Positions 23,110 to 33,557 of a DNA stretch of 64,000 nt are shown one piece after another. A program made the translations under genes and the position numbers. The notes below the pieces were generated by a model, which made no database searches, was not told where the DNA came from, and saw only the letters and a program-made list of their open reading frames with translations. Source of the stretch: an uncultured Gemmatimonadales bacterium (GTDB lineage Bacteria; Gemmatimonadota; Gemmatimonadetes; Gemmatimonadales; JACORV01); NCBI GenBank assembly GCA_963718005.1, contig CAVQXV010000003.1:63708-127707 (forward strand). The letters run 5' to 3'. The first letter of the stretch is position 1. Every line of letters starts with the position of its first letter.

Positions 23110-23640
23110 TCACGCGTGCCGTGGCGCTTCGACCGTCACGGTCATGACCAGCGCGAGAATCGTGAATGCCGCAGCCCTGACGGCGGAACGTGCTCAACGT
23201 GCCGCCGGCGTCGTTGGTCTCGACGACCGGGCACGTCGAGTGGGGACCGCCGGTCCCGACGTTGAACCGCAGCTTCGCATTGTTCGGATTGCTCAGCACG
23301 TGGAACTGGAACGCCACCGTGCTGTTGCGCGTGACCAGCGGCGTCCCGGCGAACACGAACTGGGTGAGCTTGTTCTCGTCGGCGTCGCCACGCAGCGTGA
23401 CCGTCACGGTGCTGGTCCCGATCACCGGGCCGTTGTACCCGCCCGACTGCGCGATCAGCTGGATGGTGTACGGCCGCGGGTCATCGGAGTCGTGTCCGTT
23501 GCCGACAAGTAGAGGTTGACCTGCGCCAGGCTGCTGCCCGGGTAGCTCGGCAGGTAGAACGCGCGGCTCAACTCGTCGCCGGCGCCGTCGCTCGGCGGGC
23601 AGTTCACGAGCGTGACGATGGGCACGACGCCGGGTAGCGA
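23110..23640 (-). CDS. secreted-protein fragment, start and frame unresolved (several frame breaks)
   Basis: High-GC3 pieces LSAASLPGVVPIVTLVNCPPSDGAGDELSRAFYLPSYPGSSLAQVNLYL and GNGHDSDDPRPYTIQLIAQSGGYNGPVIGTSTVTVTLRGDADENKLTQFVFAGTPLVTRNSTVAFQFHVLSNPNNAKLRFNVGTGGPHSTCPVVETNDAGGTL lie in different frames. No clean start codon. Confidence 0.3.
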
Positions 23641-23667
23641 CGCGGCGGAGAGCTGTCAGCGCAAGGC

Positions 23668-25014
23668 TCAGTCGTCGCTGTAGTACGACGTGTCGTGTCG
23701 AGCGATGCAGAGGGGCATCGTGGCGGATCGTCGCGCTGAACGTCAGCGGGCTGCCGTCGCCACGCCCGAACCCACCTGCGGCGGGGCGGCGGTCGCGTTC
23801 ACGGTGTTGAGACCCGCGGCGGGTCCGAGTGTCCAGCCGCCCACGGTCGCGACGCCGGAGGCGTCCGTCGCCGTCGCGGCGCCGGTTACCGAGCCACCGC
23901 CCGCCGCGACGGCGAAGGTGACCGGCAGGCCCGTGATCGCCGTGCCCTGGGGCGTCTTCACGACCACCGACGGGGGAGCCGACACCGGCGCGCCCGCCGT
24001 GCCCGTCTGGCTGGTGGGCGAGTTCGGCGTCATCACGGCGAGCGTATCCACGAGGCCGAACGGGCTGAAGTTCTTGGCCGTGCCCCCGACGCCGCTGCTG
24101 GTCGCCAGCAGGGCCTCCGGCTCGAGCACCGACCGCAACCCGTGCCGCACGGCGCGCCATCCGCGGAGCGCCAGGTTGGCCAACGGGTTCGAGGAGCTGA
24201 GGCCCATGACGTCCGCGTTGGTGCAGTCGAGGAACGGCGCCGGCACCAGCGGCAGGATCTGGATGCTCCCGGGCGTGAACGGCGACACGTTGTGCGCGAT
24301 CCTGAGCCGGGTCGGATCGGGCGGCGTGGCGCTGTTGGCCAGGCAGGCGCCGATCACGGCGGGCAGCGTGAAGGGCGTGCCCTCGGGCGTCACGTGGAAT
24401 TCATAGTAGAGCGGATACTGGTCGAGCTGCGTGAGCAGCGGTCCCGGCGTGTCCGGCAGTCGCGTGATCGTGACGAGCACGGTCTGCGTCGTCGAGCCGG
24501 AGTCCACGTGGATCCCGGCGAACTTGGTGCCGGTCACGAGCGTCGTGCTCGGCGAGTTGGGGCCGAGGACCGTGGCCGCGCCGTCGCTGCCGAGGTTGCT
24601 CAGCGAGAACGTCTGCGGCAGGCCGACGATGCAGAGCAGTCCGTTGATGAGCGCGACGACCTGCGTTTGCGTCTGGCTCGAGGTCCCGCCGGTGAGCGCG
24701 CCCGCGTTGTACAACCCCAGCGTCGTGCCGATCAAGCGGATCGTCACGTCGCGCGCCGCCGCCGTGTCGGGGCCGGGAGGCACCGGCCCGAGCAGGACGA
24801 GGATGCTGTCGAACTGCGCGTAGGCCGAGGTCTTGTGGGCTGCTGGAAAGAGCGAGTGGATGTCCGAGATGACGCCGGCCGAATCGAGGCACCCGGGCCC
24901 GACGTCGGCGAGCCGGGCGCCGATCCGCGGCGCAACGCTGGAGGGGGATCGCTCGCCGCAGCCGGAGAGTGCGACCGTCGCGAACACCGTGGCGCCCATC
25001 AGGAACCGACGCAT
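23668..25014 (-). CDS. lipoprotein with C-terminal Ig-like (Big-type) domain, 3' end disrupted
   Basis: MRRFLMGATVFATVALSGC lipobox. The C-terminal VVVKTPQGTAITGLPVTFAVAAGGGSVTGAATATDASGVATVGGWTLG...NTVNAT...PLTFSAT is a bacterial Ig-like pattern. The end was chosen from GC3 (frame ending YYSDD-TGA). Confidence 0.5.
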
Positions 25015-25141
25015 TCGGATGCTCCATCCACGTGCGGCGGCACGCGAAGTCGGGCCGCCGTCCGTTGGCAGTGTAGGGGGAAATCCTATTGGATCGGTCG
25101 AAATTGCAGCAAGCGGCGAGCCAAGCCGCTCGCCAGAGCGG

Positions 25142-27762
25142 CTAGCGGGCCGCCCGGACCGCCTGCTGGAAGGCCGGATCGTTCGCCAGGGAGGCCAGCT
25201 GCCACCCTGGGTCCTGGGCTAACCCCGCACGCTTGCTCGGGTTAGCAGCCAGGTACAGATTCAGTTCGTCCACGGCGGCGCTCTTGTCGCCAAGGGACGC
25301 GTAGGCCATGGACTTGGTGTAGGCGATGTCGTGCGTCGGATCAATCGAGGCGTCCGAGACCGTGCGCCGCAACAGGTGTCGCGCGCTGTCCGCGGCCCCG
25401 GCCCGCGCCAGGACCCAGGCCACGATGGCCTCGTCGTACAGCCGCTGGTACGCCCGCTGGTCGGGCGACGTCCGGGCGAGGACCGAGTCGAGCAGCTGCC
25501 AGGCGAGGCGCGGATTCGCCGAGTCCTGGCGCGTGGTCATCATCCACAAACGGCACTCCGCGAAGCGATAGTCGTCCGGGAACCGGCGCCGGCCTTCCGC
25601 GCACCAGTTCTCGGCGTCGGGAAACTGCCCGAGGTCGAACGAGGAGAGGAACAGCCGGTTCAGGATGACCGCCGCGTTGTCGAGGTAGGCGTCCTCCGTC
25701 ATCGCGTTGCGCGCCGCGAGGTAGACGTCCGTCAGGCTGCCGGTCTGGTAGTAGAGATGCGACAGCGTCGCGTAGGCACCCGCCTGGCCGGGATTCAGCT
25801 TGACGGCGGTTTCGAGGTCCGTCTTGGCCGACAGCAGCAGCTGGTGCGCCCGGTCGGGATTGCCCTCGAGGTTGAGGAGCCAGCGCCAGTAGCGCAGGTT
25901 GCCCCTGAGCTCGAGCGCGTCCGGATCGTCGCGGTCGAGCGCGAGCGCAGCGTCGGCGTGCCCGAGGCCGAGCTGGATCCAGCGGTCAGCCGCCTGAGGA
26001 TCGCCGAGGTACCGCCGCGACCTCAGGTAGGCGAGCTGGCCGCGCAGCACCGGCGGGTCCGTCCACTTGGGGTCGAGCCGCTGCGCCTGCCCCAGCAGCG
26101 AGTCCGCCGCCGCGAAGTCGCGCGCGAGCACCGTCGAGTCGTCCGCGGCGGCGCCGTCCTTCTTGAGCCGCACCGCCTGCTGGTAGAGCGACCACGCGGC
26201 CGGGTTGCTGGCCTCGCTGCGGACCTGGCGCATCGCGATTTCCTCGCCCAGGCGCCGGCGGATCAGCTGCGCCGCCTGCGCGGCGAGCGTGTCGCCGATG
26301 GTCGACGACGCTCGTCGCCGGCTGTTCGAAGCTCGTGCGGTCGAAGTCGGCGCCGCTCGCGCCGTCCACCAGGCGGAGCGTCACCCTCAGGCGGTCGTCG
26401 CTCTGCTCCAGGTCGCCCAGCACCAGCGTGCCCACGGCCAGCGCCCGCGCGATGCTGTCGCGTGAGAGCTTCGACCCGCGGAAGGGCTCGACGCCGCCGG
26501 CCGAGACCACCGAGAGCGTCGGGACCTCGCGGAGGGCGCGGATCAGTCCCTCGGTGAGACCGTCCGCCACGTCGCGCAGCTTCCCGCCCGTCTCGTCGCC
26601 GAAGTAGAGGACCGCGATGTGGTGCGGGTCGAGACCGCCGGCCGCGCCGGCGCCCGGACCGCGGTGGCGCAGCAGCAGCGCGCCGCCTACGGCGGCCAGC
26701 ACCAGGATCGCGGCCGCCGCCCACGCCGCGGGCCGCCGCCACCAGACCGGCCGGCGCTTCCCGCCCGACACGCGTCGGGCCGTCGTGATGCGGCTCCCGA
26801 GCCGGCGCGTGACGCCGGTCCCGCTCGGCGCGGACAGGAGGTCGAGGAACTCCTTGGCGCTCTGCGGCCGGTCGGCCGGCACCTTGGCGAGGACCGCGAG
26901 GATCGCCTCCTCGACCTCCTCGGGCACGGCGTCCCGCACCAGCCTGAGGCTGGGCACCGCCTCCATCGTGTGGCGCGCCATGATCGCGCGCGCGTTGGCG
27001 CCGGTGAACGGCGGCTGGCCCGTCAGCATCTCGAACGCCACGCAGCCGAGCGCGTACAGGTCGGAGGTCGGCCCGACGGGGTCGCCCATCGCCTGCTCGG
27101 GGCTCATGTAGGTCGGCGTGCCGACCGCCATGCCGGTCTGCGTGAGCTTCTCGCCGGCCTCGGAGGCGGCGCGCGCGACGCCGAAGTCGGCCACCAGGGC
27201 GTGGCCGCCCGCGAGCAGGATGTTCTCCGGCTTGATGTCGCGGTGGACGATGCCGAGGGCGTGGGCCGCGCCGAGCGCGTCCGCCACCTCGTAGGTGATC
27301 TGCAGCGCGTCGTCCACCGGCAGCATGGACTCGCGCGTGATGCGGTCGCGCAGCGACTCGCCCGGGACGAACGGCATCACGTAGTAGAAGAGGCCGTCCG
27401 CCTCGCCGGAATCGAACAGGCCGAGGATGTGCGGATGGTGGAGCTTGGCGGCGAGCTTGATCTCTCGCTCGAACCGCTCGGCGCCCATCGAGGCCGCCAG
27501 CTCGGGGTGCAGCACCTTGATGGCGACGTCGCGCTCGTGCCGGAGGTCGTGCGCGAGGAAGACGGTGGCCATGCCGCCGGCGCCCAGCTGGCGCTCGATG
27601 CGGTAGCGATCCCCCAACGAGTTCTGCAACTGCTCGAGGGTGCTGGTGTCGGCCTTGGGCTCGACGCCGGTCGCCGCGCCGCACTTCATGCAGAACGCGG
27701 CCCCCGGAAGGAGGGCCGCACCGCACTTGGAGACAGGCGCCTGGCGAGGTCGGGTTGGTCAC
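25142..27762 (-). CDS. Ser/Thr protein kinase with N-terminal zinc ribbon, TM segment and C-terminal TPR region, two frame breaks
   Basis: CxxC...CMKCG ribbon, kinase motifs GAGGMATVFLA, AIKVL, HRDIKPENILL, DFGVA, GTPTYMSPE, TM AAWAAAAILVLAAVGGALLL, TPR-like 363-aa tail (ORF 25142..26233). Breaks near 26290 and 27735. Length is 3n+2. Confidence 0.8.
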
Positions 27763-27888
27763 GGAAGTGGGACTAACATCACCTGAGCGGCGCCGCCGCC
27801 GCAAGCGTGGGCGGCGGCTGCACGCAGGCTGGCGCGGCCGCGGGCCTCGGAGCGTCCGCCGTCGGCGGCCGACCGGCGCCCGGGCGCG

Positions 27889-29118
27889 CTACTGCAGCAT
27901 CCGGCTGTACCTCAAGACCTGCGGCCAAGCCTGGTAGCTCGACGCGATCAACGCGTGGCCGGCCGAGTCCACGGCGACGGAGACGTGCCCGTAGCCGAAC
28001 GCGACCGCGGCATCCGGCATGGAGTCCGCCGTCGTGGTCTGCCAACTCCCAGCGCTCGTGCAACCGCCATCGCAACGTGAAAGGGCCACGGTGGCGCCGG
28101 CGGAGGCCAGGTACAGCCTCCCCTGCGGCCCGGTCGCAATCGAAACGTCCCCGGCTGAGACGGGCAGCGTCACCGCCGACCATCCGCCGGGTGACGTGCA
28201 GGGCGCGGCGCACGTGGCGTAGGTGGGGTGCCCGCCGTCGTCCACATAGGCGAGGTGCAGCCGGCCATCCGGCGCGAACGCCACCGACAGACCCTCGACC
28301 CAGCCGCTGACGGCGGTTCCCGGCAGGACCTCGGAGCGCCAGTTCCCGGCACTGGTGCAGGCAGCCGCGCAGCTGGTGTGCACCAGGACCGAGTCCTTGG
28401 CGTAGATCGTATGCACACCGCCGCCGGGCGCGACCGTGATCAAGCGCGCGCTCGGGAGCGGGAACCGGGCGTACGTCGAGTCGATCCGTACCTGCTGCCA
28501 GTTGGCTTGATTGTCGCACGCCGAGGCGCACGTCGCGTAGTACAGGGCGCCGTCCTGATCGTCGAGGAACAGGAGGTGCAGACCGCCCCCCGGATCGCTC
28601 GCGAGCGGCGTGCTGTGTATTTCAGCGCGCCCGCCGATGCTACCCTGTCCGACGAAGAGGTTCGTGGCGACCCAGTTCAGCGTGAAGTTGCAGGCGCCGG
28701 GGCAGTGGGCGTACCGGATCCCGCTCGAGTTGCCGACCCAGACGGCGAACACCGCCTGAACCCCGGCCGGCGTCAGGGCGCTGCTGGCGCTCGCGAAGGC
28801 CGAGGGCTCCCCGGCGTCGCCGATGCCCTTGAACCAGTGAGCGGGGTCGTCACAGGCGTTCGCGCAGCCGGCGTAGTGCAGGACGCCGTTGTACTGGTCC
28901 AGGGCCACGACGTGGACGCTGTGGTCCGGCGCCGCGAGCATCGTCACGCCCGTCCACATGCCCCCGACGTCGAGGCCGCTGCCGGTCAAGGTGTCGAGCG
29001 TGAGCGTCACGGCCTTCGGCGCCGGCGGTGTCGTCGAGGTCGATGCTTGCTCGACATCCTCGCATCCGCCGGCAACGAGTAGGAGACTCACCGCGAGTAC
29101 CATGGAGACGTGTTTCAT
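27889..29118 (-). CDS. lipoprotein with six C-x3-C-x5-W repeats (probable beta-propeller-like repeat protein)
   Basis: MKHVSMVLAVSLLLVAGGC lipobox after a GGAAGGAAG RBS. The motifs are listed in the findings. Intact frame. Confidence 0.6.
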   Translation of the reverse strand: MKHVSMVLAVSLLLVAGGCEDVEQASTSTTPPAPKAVTLTLDTLTGSGLDVGGMWTGVTMLAAPDHSVHVVALDQYNGVLHYAGCANACDDPAHWFKGIGDAGEPSAFASASSALTPAGVQAVFAVWVGNSSGIRYAHCPGACNFTLNWVATNLFVGQGSIGGRAEIHSTPLASDPGGGLHLLFLDDQDGALYYATCASACDNQANWQQVRIDSTYARFPLPSARLITVAPGGGVHTIYAKDSVLVHTSCAAACTSAGNWRSEVLPGTAVSGWVEGLSVAFAPDGRLHLAYVDDGGHPTYATCAAPCTSPGGWSAVTLPVSAGDVSIATGPQGRLYLASAGATVALSRCDGGCTSAGSWQTTTADSMPDAAVAFGYGHVSVAVDSAGHALIASSYQAWPQVLRYSRMLQ

Positions 29119-29182
29119 GCAGCCGCTTCCTTCCCCGGATCGGGCGGCAGCCCGCGCCGCGCGCCATCCGAACCCGCCAGAC

Positions 29183-29215
29183 ATACTACCCCCATGCCGT
29201 TAGGGCAGCGTTAGG
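29183..29215 (-). promoter_or_regulatory. shared promoter module A: tandem CCTAACG boxes plus TAGTAT
   Basis: Minus strand CCTAACGCTGCCCTAACGGCATGGGGGTAGTAT. TAGTAT lies 65 nt before the lipoprotein ATG (29118). Confidence 0.35.
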
Positions 29216-29418
29216 CGGGCCTCATATCGGTCGGGACCCACCGCCTCGAGCGATTGAGACTCACTTCCATCGCCCCTTGGTCACGAACGAGACGACCCGT
29301 ATGCCGGCTTCTCGCATCCTTTTTGCGGTACTCCCCATTCGGTAGACAAGGTCCTCGGCCCGTGACGGGCTGCGCAGGGCCCGCCCTTTGAGACCTACGG
29401 TGACAGAGGAGCCTTCTC

Positions 29419-29610
29419 ATGGCGAAGAAGATCTCGGCTGACTGCATCAACTGCGGCGCATGCGAGCCGGAGTGCCCCAACGAAGCGATCGCGCAGGGAG
29501 ATCCGGTGTACGTGATCGACGCCTCCAAGTGCAAGGAGTGCGAGGGCGAGTATCCGAGCCCGAAGTGCATCGAAGTCTGCCCCGTCGACGGCGTCATCCA
29601 GCCGGCGTGA
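29419..29610 (+). CDS. 4Fe-4S ferredoxin (YfhL-like, 63 aa)
   Basis: CINCGACEPECP and CKEC...CIEVCP cluster motifs. AGAGGAG RBS lies 6 nt upstream. Confidence 0.85.
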   Translation: MAKKISADCINCGACEPECPNEAIAQGDPVYVIDASKCKECEGEYPSPKCIEVCPVDGVIQPA

Positions 29611-29719
29611 GGCACTGAGCGGAAGCGTCCGGCACGTCCGGGCGACCAACGGCCCCCGAGGCGCTTGAGGCGCCCGGGGGCCGTTGCCGTTGCGTGAGCG
29701 GCGGGGGCCGCCGCCGATC

Positions 29720-31819
29720 CTACCAGATGTGCGGGACGCTGTCCGCCGCGCGCACCATCGCGTCGCCCGGCTTGCAGCCGAACGCCTGGGCGAACGCGGC
29801 GATGTTCGACAGCGGGCCGTCGACCCGCCAGTTCTCCGGCGCGTGCGGATCCACGGTCACCCGCGTGCGGAGCCGCTCCGGGCGGTTGTGCACGCGCCAG
29901 CTCTGCGCGTAGGCGATGAAGAAGCGCTGCTCGGGCGTGAAGCCGTCGATCAATCCGGGGCGGCCGTCGCGCTGCAGCGCCTGCTCGAGCGCGTCGTAGC
30001 CCGTCAGCAGCCCGCCGTAGTCCGCGATGTTCTCGCCCAGGGTGAGCTTGCCGTTGACGTGGAAGGTGTCCACCTGGACGTACCCGTCGAACTGCCGTGC
30101 GACCAGGTTCGCCTGCTCGGTGAAGTGCGCCGAGTCGGAGGCGGCCCACCAGTCGCTCAGGTTGCCGGCGGCGTCGTAGTGCCGGCCCTCGTCGTCGAAG
30201 CCGTGCGTCAGCTCGTGGCCGGCCCAGCTCCCGCCCAGCGACCCGTAGTTGGCGCCGTCGTCGGCCGAGGCGTCGAAGGTCTGCGGCTCCAGGGCGCCCG
30301 CCGGGAACACCATCTCGTTGCGCGAGGGATCGTAGTACGCGTTCACCGTGGGCACGGTGATGCCCCACTCCGTGGTGTCCACGGGGGCGCCGGGCCGGTT
30401 CGCCTCGCGCTGCCACTCGAAGGCGTTGGCCCGCGCCACGTTCAGAATGAACGGCCCGGGCTCCGTCACCAGCTTGGTGTAGTCGCGCCAGCGGTCGGGG
30501 TAGCCCACCTTCTCCCGCATCTTCGCCAGCTTGTTCAAAGCCTGGGTGCGCGTCGAATCCGACATCCAGGTGAGGTGCCGGAGCCGCTCGGCGAACGCGG
30601 CGCGGATGTCGTCGATGACGGCCTTGGCGCGCGCCTTCGCCTCGGGTGGGAAGGTCTTGGCCACGTAGGCCTGGCCGAGCGCCTCGCCGAGGTCGCCGTC
30701 GGTCTCGCGCAGGCAGCGCTTCCACCGCGGCAACAGCTGCTTGGCGCCGGTGAAGCGGGAGCTGAACACGAACTGCTCGTGAACGAACGGCGTGCTGAGC
30801 CACGGCGACGATTCCGCCACGGCGTGGTAGCGCAGGTAGGCTCTCCACTGCGCCAGCGGCGCCGTGCGGAGCAGGACGTTGACGCGCCGGATGAAGCCCG
30901 GCTCGGCGACGTTGACGCGGGCGACCGGGACGGTGACGCCGACGCTCCTGAAGTAGCGCGGCCACGCGATGGCCGGCGCGAGGGCCGCGAGCTGGGCGGC
31001 CGTCCGTGCGCTGTCGGTCGCGGCCGGATCCCGCTGCTGGAGCCGGGTGAGCGACGCCTTGGCCAGCTCGGTCTCGAGGCGCATCACCTGGTGCGCGTCG
31101 CGGGTGGCCTGGGCGGCCTGCTCGCCGGCCAGCCGGAACACGCGGGTCACGTGCTCGACGTAGGCGGTGCGCGTCGAGTCGGCCGACGGGCCGCTGTCGG
31201 TGTAGTAGTCACGGTCGGGCAGGCCGAGGCCGCCCTGGGAGAGCCAGGCCATGTAGTGCGCCGCGTCGTGCGGGTCCACGTCGGCGCTGTAGTGGAAGAG
31301 CAGGTCGATGCCCCGGACCTGGAGCGAAGCGATGGCGGCGAGGAGGCGTGGCCGGGACGTGATGCCGTCGATGTCCCGGAGCCAGGGGCGAAGCGGCGCG
31401 AGGCCCGCCTTCTCGATGGCGGTCGAGTCCATGCACGACGCGTAGAAGGTGCCGAGCTTGCGGGGCGTGCTGCCCGGCGCCTCGGAGTCGCGCCGCGCCA
31501 TGGCGTCGTCGAGCACGGAGCGCACGACCAGCTCGTTGTGGTCGCTCATGTCCCGGGTGACGCCGGACGAGGAGTAGGCCGCCGGAATGGTGTCGTGCGC
31601 CAGCCACGCGCCGTTGGCGTACTGCATGAAGTCGGCGCAGGCGTTGGCCGTGCGGTCCATGAAGCTCGGGTCGAGGACCTTGAGCGGCGCCGTGTCGGCG
31701 GGCAGCGGCGTGGTGGCGCCTTGCGCCGCGGCGCGGGCCGGGGCGAGCCAGAGGAGCGCGAGCGTGCCCAGCGCGGCAACCGCGCGTCCGTGGGCGGCGA
31801 AGGAGAGGCAACGGAACAT
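29720..31819 (-). CDS. M13 family metallopeptidase (PepO / endothelin-converting-enzyme-like)
   Basis: Intact 699 aa with a signal peptide. ACADFMQYANGAW, NAYYDPSRNEMVFPAG, HELTHGFDDEGR zinc motif, GENIADYGG, ...SVPHIW C-terminus. Confidence 0.85.
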   Translation of the reverse strand: MFRCLSFAAHGRAVAALGTLALLWLAPARAAAQGATTPLPADTAPLKVLDPSFMDRTANACADFMQYANGAWLAHDTIPAAYSSSGVTRDMSDHNELVVRSVLDDAMARRDSEAPGSTPRKLGTFYASCMDSTAIEKAGLAPLRPWLRDIDGITSRPRLLAAIASLQVRGIDLLFHYSADVDPHDAAHYMAWLSQGGLGLPDRDYYTDSGPSADSTRTAYVEHVTRVFRLAGEQAAQATRDAHQVMRLETELAKASLTRLQQRDPAATDSARTAAQLAALAPAIAWPRYFRSVGVTVPVARVNVAEPGFIRRVNVLLRTAPLAQWRAYLRYHAVAESSPWLSTPFVHEQFVFSSRFTGAKQLLPRWKRCLRETDGDLGEALGQAYVAKTFPPEAKARAKAVIDDIRAAFAERLRHLTWMSDSTRTQALNKLAKMREKVGYPDRWRDYTKLVTEPGPFILNVARANAFEWQREANRPGAPVDTTEWGITVPTVNAYYDPSRNEMVFPAGALEPQTFDASADDGANYGSLGGSWAGHELTHGFDDEGRHYDAAGNLSDWWAASDSAHFTEQANLVARQFDGYVQVDTFHVNGKLTLGENIADYGGLLTGYDALEQALQRDGRPGLIDGFTPEQRFFIAYAQSWRVHNRPERLRTRVTVDPHAPENWRVDGPLSNIAAFAQAFGCKPGDAMVRAADSVPHIW

Positions 31820-31951
31820 GTCGGGTGACTCCGGTCGTAGGGCGGTCATGGACCATACCGTTGGCGACTCGGCCGGGTCAATGCGTGCGGACGGCGGATC
31901 GGCGGCCGCCAACGACCCCACGCGCCCATCCGTACTTGATGACGAGCGACC

Positions 31952-32755
31952 ATGACGACCGAACCGGTGATTGCCACGACCGCCCTCACCCGCCGCTACG
32001 ACGAGCTGGTGGCGGTGAACGCCCTCGACCTCGAGGTGCCCCGGGGACTGATCTTCGGCCTGCTCGGCCCCAACGGGGCGGGCAAGACCACGACCATCAA
32101 GATGCTGACCACGCTGCTCCCGCCCTCGTCGGGATCGGCGCTGGTGGCGGGCTTCGAGATCACGGCCAGCCCGCGCGAGGTGCGGCGCCGCATCGGCTAC
32201 GTGCCGCAGCTCGTCTCCGCCGACGGCGGCCTCACGGCCACCGAGAACCTCGTGCTCTCGGCCCGGCTGTACCGGCTCCCGCGCGCCGAGCGCCGCGAGC
32301 GGATCGCCGCGGCGCTCGAGTTCATGGGACTCTCGTCCGCGGCCGACCAGCTGGTGCGCACGTACTCCGGCGGGATGATCCGCCGCCTGGAGCTGGCCCA
32401 GGCGATGCTGCACCGTCCCGCGGTGCTGTTCCTCGACGAGCCCACGATCGGGCTCGACCCGCTGGCGCGCCGCACGGTGTGGGAGCGCCTCCAGGACCTG
32501 CGCGCGCAGTGGGGCACGACCGTGCTCATCACCACCCACGACATGGAAGAGGCCGACGTCCTGTGCGACGAGCTGGCGATGATGCACCAGGGCAGCCTGG
32601 CGGCCCGCGGCACGCCGGCCGAGCTCAAGGCCAGGATCGGGCCGGACGCCACGCTGGACGACGTGTTCGCGCAGGTCGCGGGGGGAACCATCGAGGCCGG
32701 AGGCAGCTACCGTGACGTCAGTCGCGCCCGCCGAACCGCTCGCCGCCTCGGCTGA
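31952..32755 (+). CDS. ABC transporter ATP-binding protein (ABC-2/DrrA-like exporter)
   Basis: GPNGAGKTTT Walker A, YSGGMIRRLELAQ signature, LFLDEPT Walker B, H-loop TTHDMEEA. Confidence 0.85.
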   Translation: MTTEPVIATTALTRRYDELVAVNALDLEVPRGLIFGLLGPNGAGKTTTIKMLTTLLPPSSGSALVAGFEITASPREVRRRIGYVPQLVSADGGLTATENLVLSARLYRLPRAERRERIAAALEFMGLSSAADQLVRTYSGGMIRRLELAQAMLHRPAVLFLDEPTIGLDPLARRTVWERLQDLRAQWGTTVLITTHDMEEADVLCDELAMMHQGSLAARGTPAELKARIGPDATLDDVFAQVAGGTIEAGGSYRDVSRARRTARRLG

Positions 32756-33537
32756 CGGCAGCGCCGTCGGCGCGTTCGTCCGCCAGAGCCTGGCAATCGC
32801 CGACGGCGAGATCCGCAAGCTCCGCCGCGACCCGACCGAGCTGTTCACGCGCGCGGTGCAGCCCGCGCTGTGGCTGATCATCTTCGGCGAGACGTTCAGT
32901 CACATCCGCGCCATCCCCACCGGCGACCTCACCTACCTCGAGTTCATGGCGCCCGGCGTGCTCGCGCAGAGCGTGCTGTTCAGCGCGATCTTCTTCGGCA
33001 TCGCCGTCATCTGGGAGCGCGACCTCGGCATCATCCACAAGCTGCTGGTGAGCCCGGCGTATCGCGGGCGCGCTGGTGATGGGCAAGGCGATCTCGGCGG
33101 GCCTGCGCGGGCTGACGCAGGCGGTGATCATCTACCTGCTCGCCGTGGTCATGGGGATCCACCTGCAGTTCGGGCCGCTGCAGCTGCTCGGCGTGGTGGC
33201 GATCGTCATGCTGGGCTCCGCGCTGTTCGCGACCTTCTCGCTGATCGTGGCGTGCCTCGTCAAGACGCGCGAGCGGTTCATGGGCATCGGCCAGGTGCTG
33301 ACGATGCCGCTGTTCTTCGCGAGCAACGCCATCTACCCGATCGCGATCATGCCGCGGTGGCTCCAGGTGGTCGCGCGCGTCAATCCGCTGACCTACGTGG
33401 TGGACGCGCTGCGCGGCCTGATGGTGCAGGGAGGCCACAGCGTGCTCGGCGGATGGCTCGACCTCGCCTTCCCGGCGGCCGTGTTCGTGGTGCTGCTCGT
33501 GATCGCGTCGCGGCTGTATCCGGGGTTGGTAAGGTGA
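32712..33537 (+). CDS. ABC-2 type transporter permease, one frame break near 33065
   Basis: REIRKLRRDPTELFTRAVQPALWLIIFG..., then ALVMGKAISAGLRGLTQAVIIYLL...NPLTYVVDALRGLM in ORF 33076..33537. Length is 3n+1. Confidence 0.75.
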
Positions 33538-33557
33538 GAGAAGGTTGGTAGCTGGCA

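Noticed and set aside
23656-23670. Two TGA codons 9 nt apart as stop-codon recoding or selenocysteine
   Set aside because: No SECIS-like hairpin follows. The surrounding 600 nt has several frame changes, and TGA is used as a normal stop throughout the window.
29198-29215. Telomere-like CCCTAA units (also at 44933-44951 and position 5-10)
   Set aside because: Only two units occur per locus, separated by non-telomeric bases and embedded in promoter-like context on a bacterial chromosome. They are treated as regulatory boxes instead.
29211-29418. About 200-nt ORF-free, less GC-rich leader upstream of the ferredoxin gene as a riboswitch or sRNA
   Set aside because: I could not recognise any known riboswitch core or a convincing conserved structure by eye. 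It also contains the divergent promoter module of the lipoprotein gene. Left unannotated.
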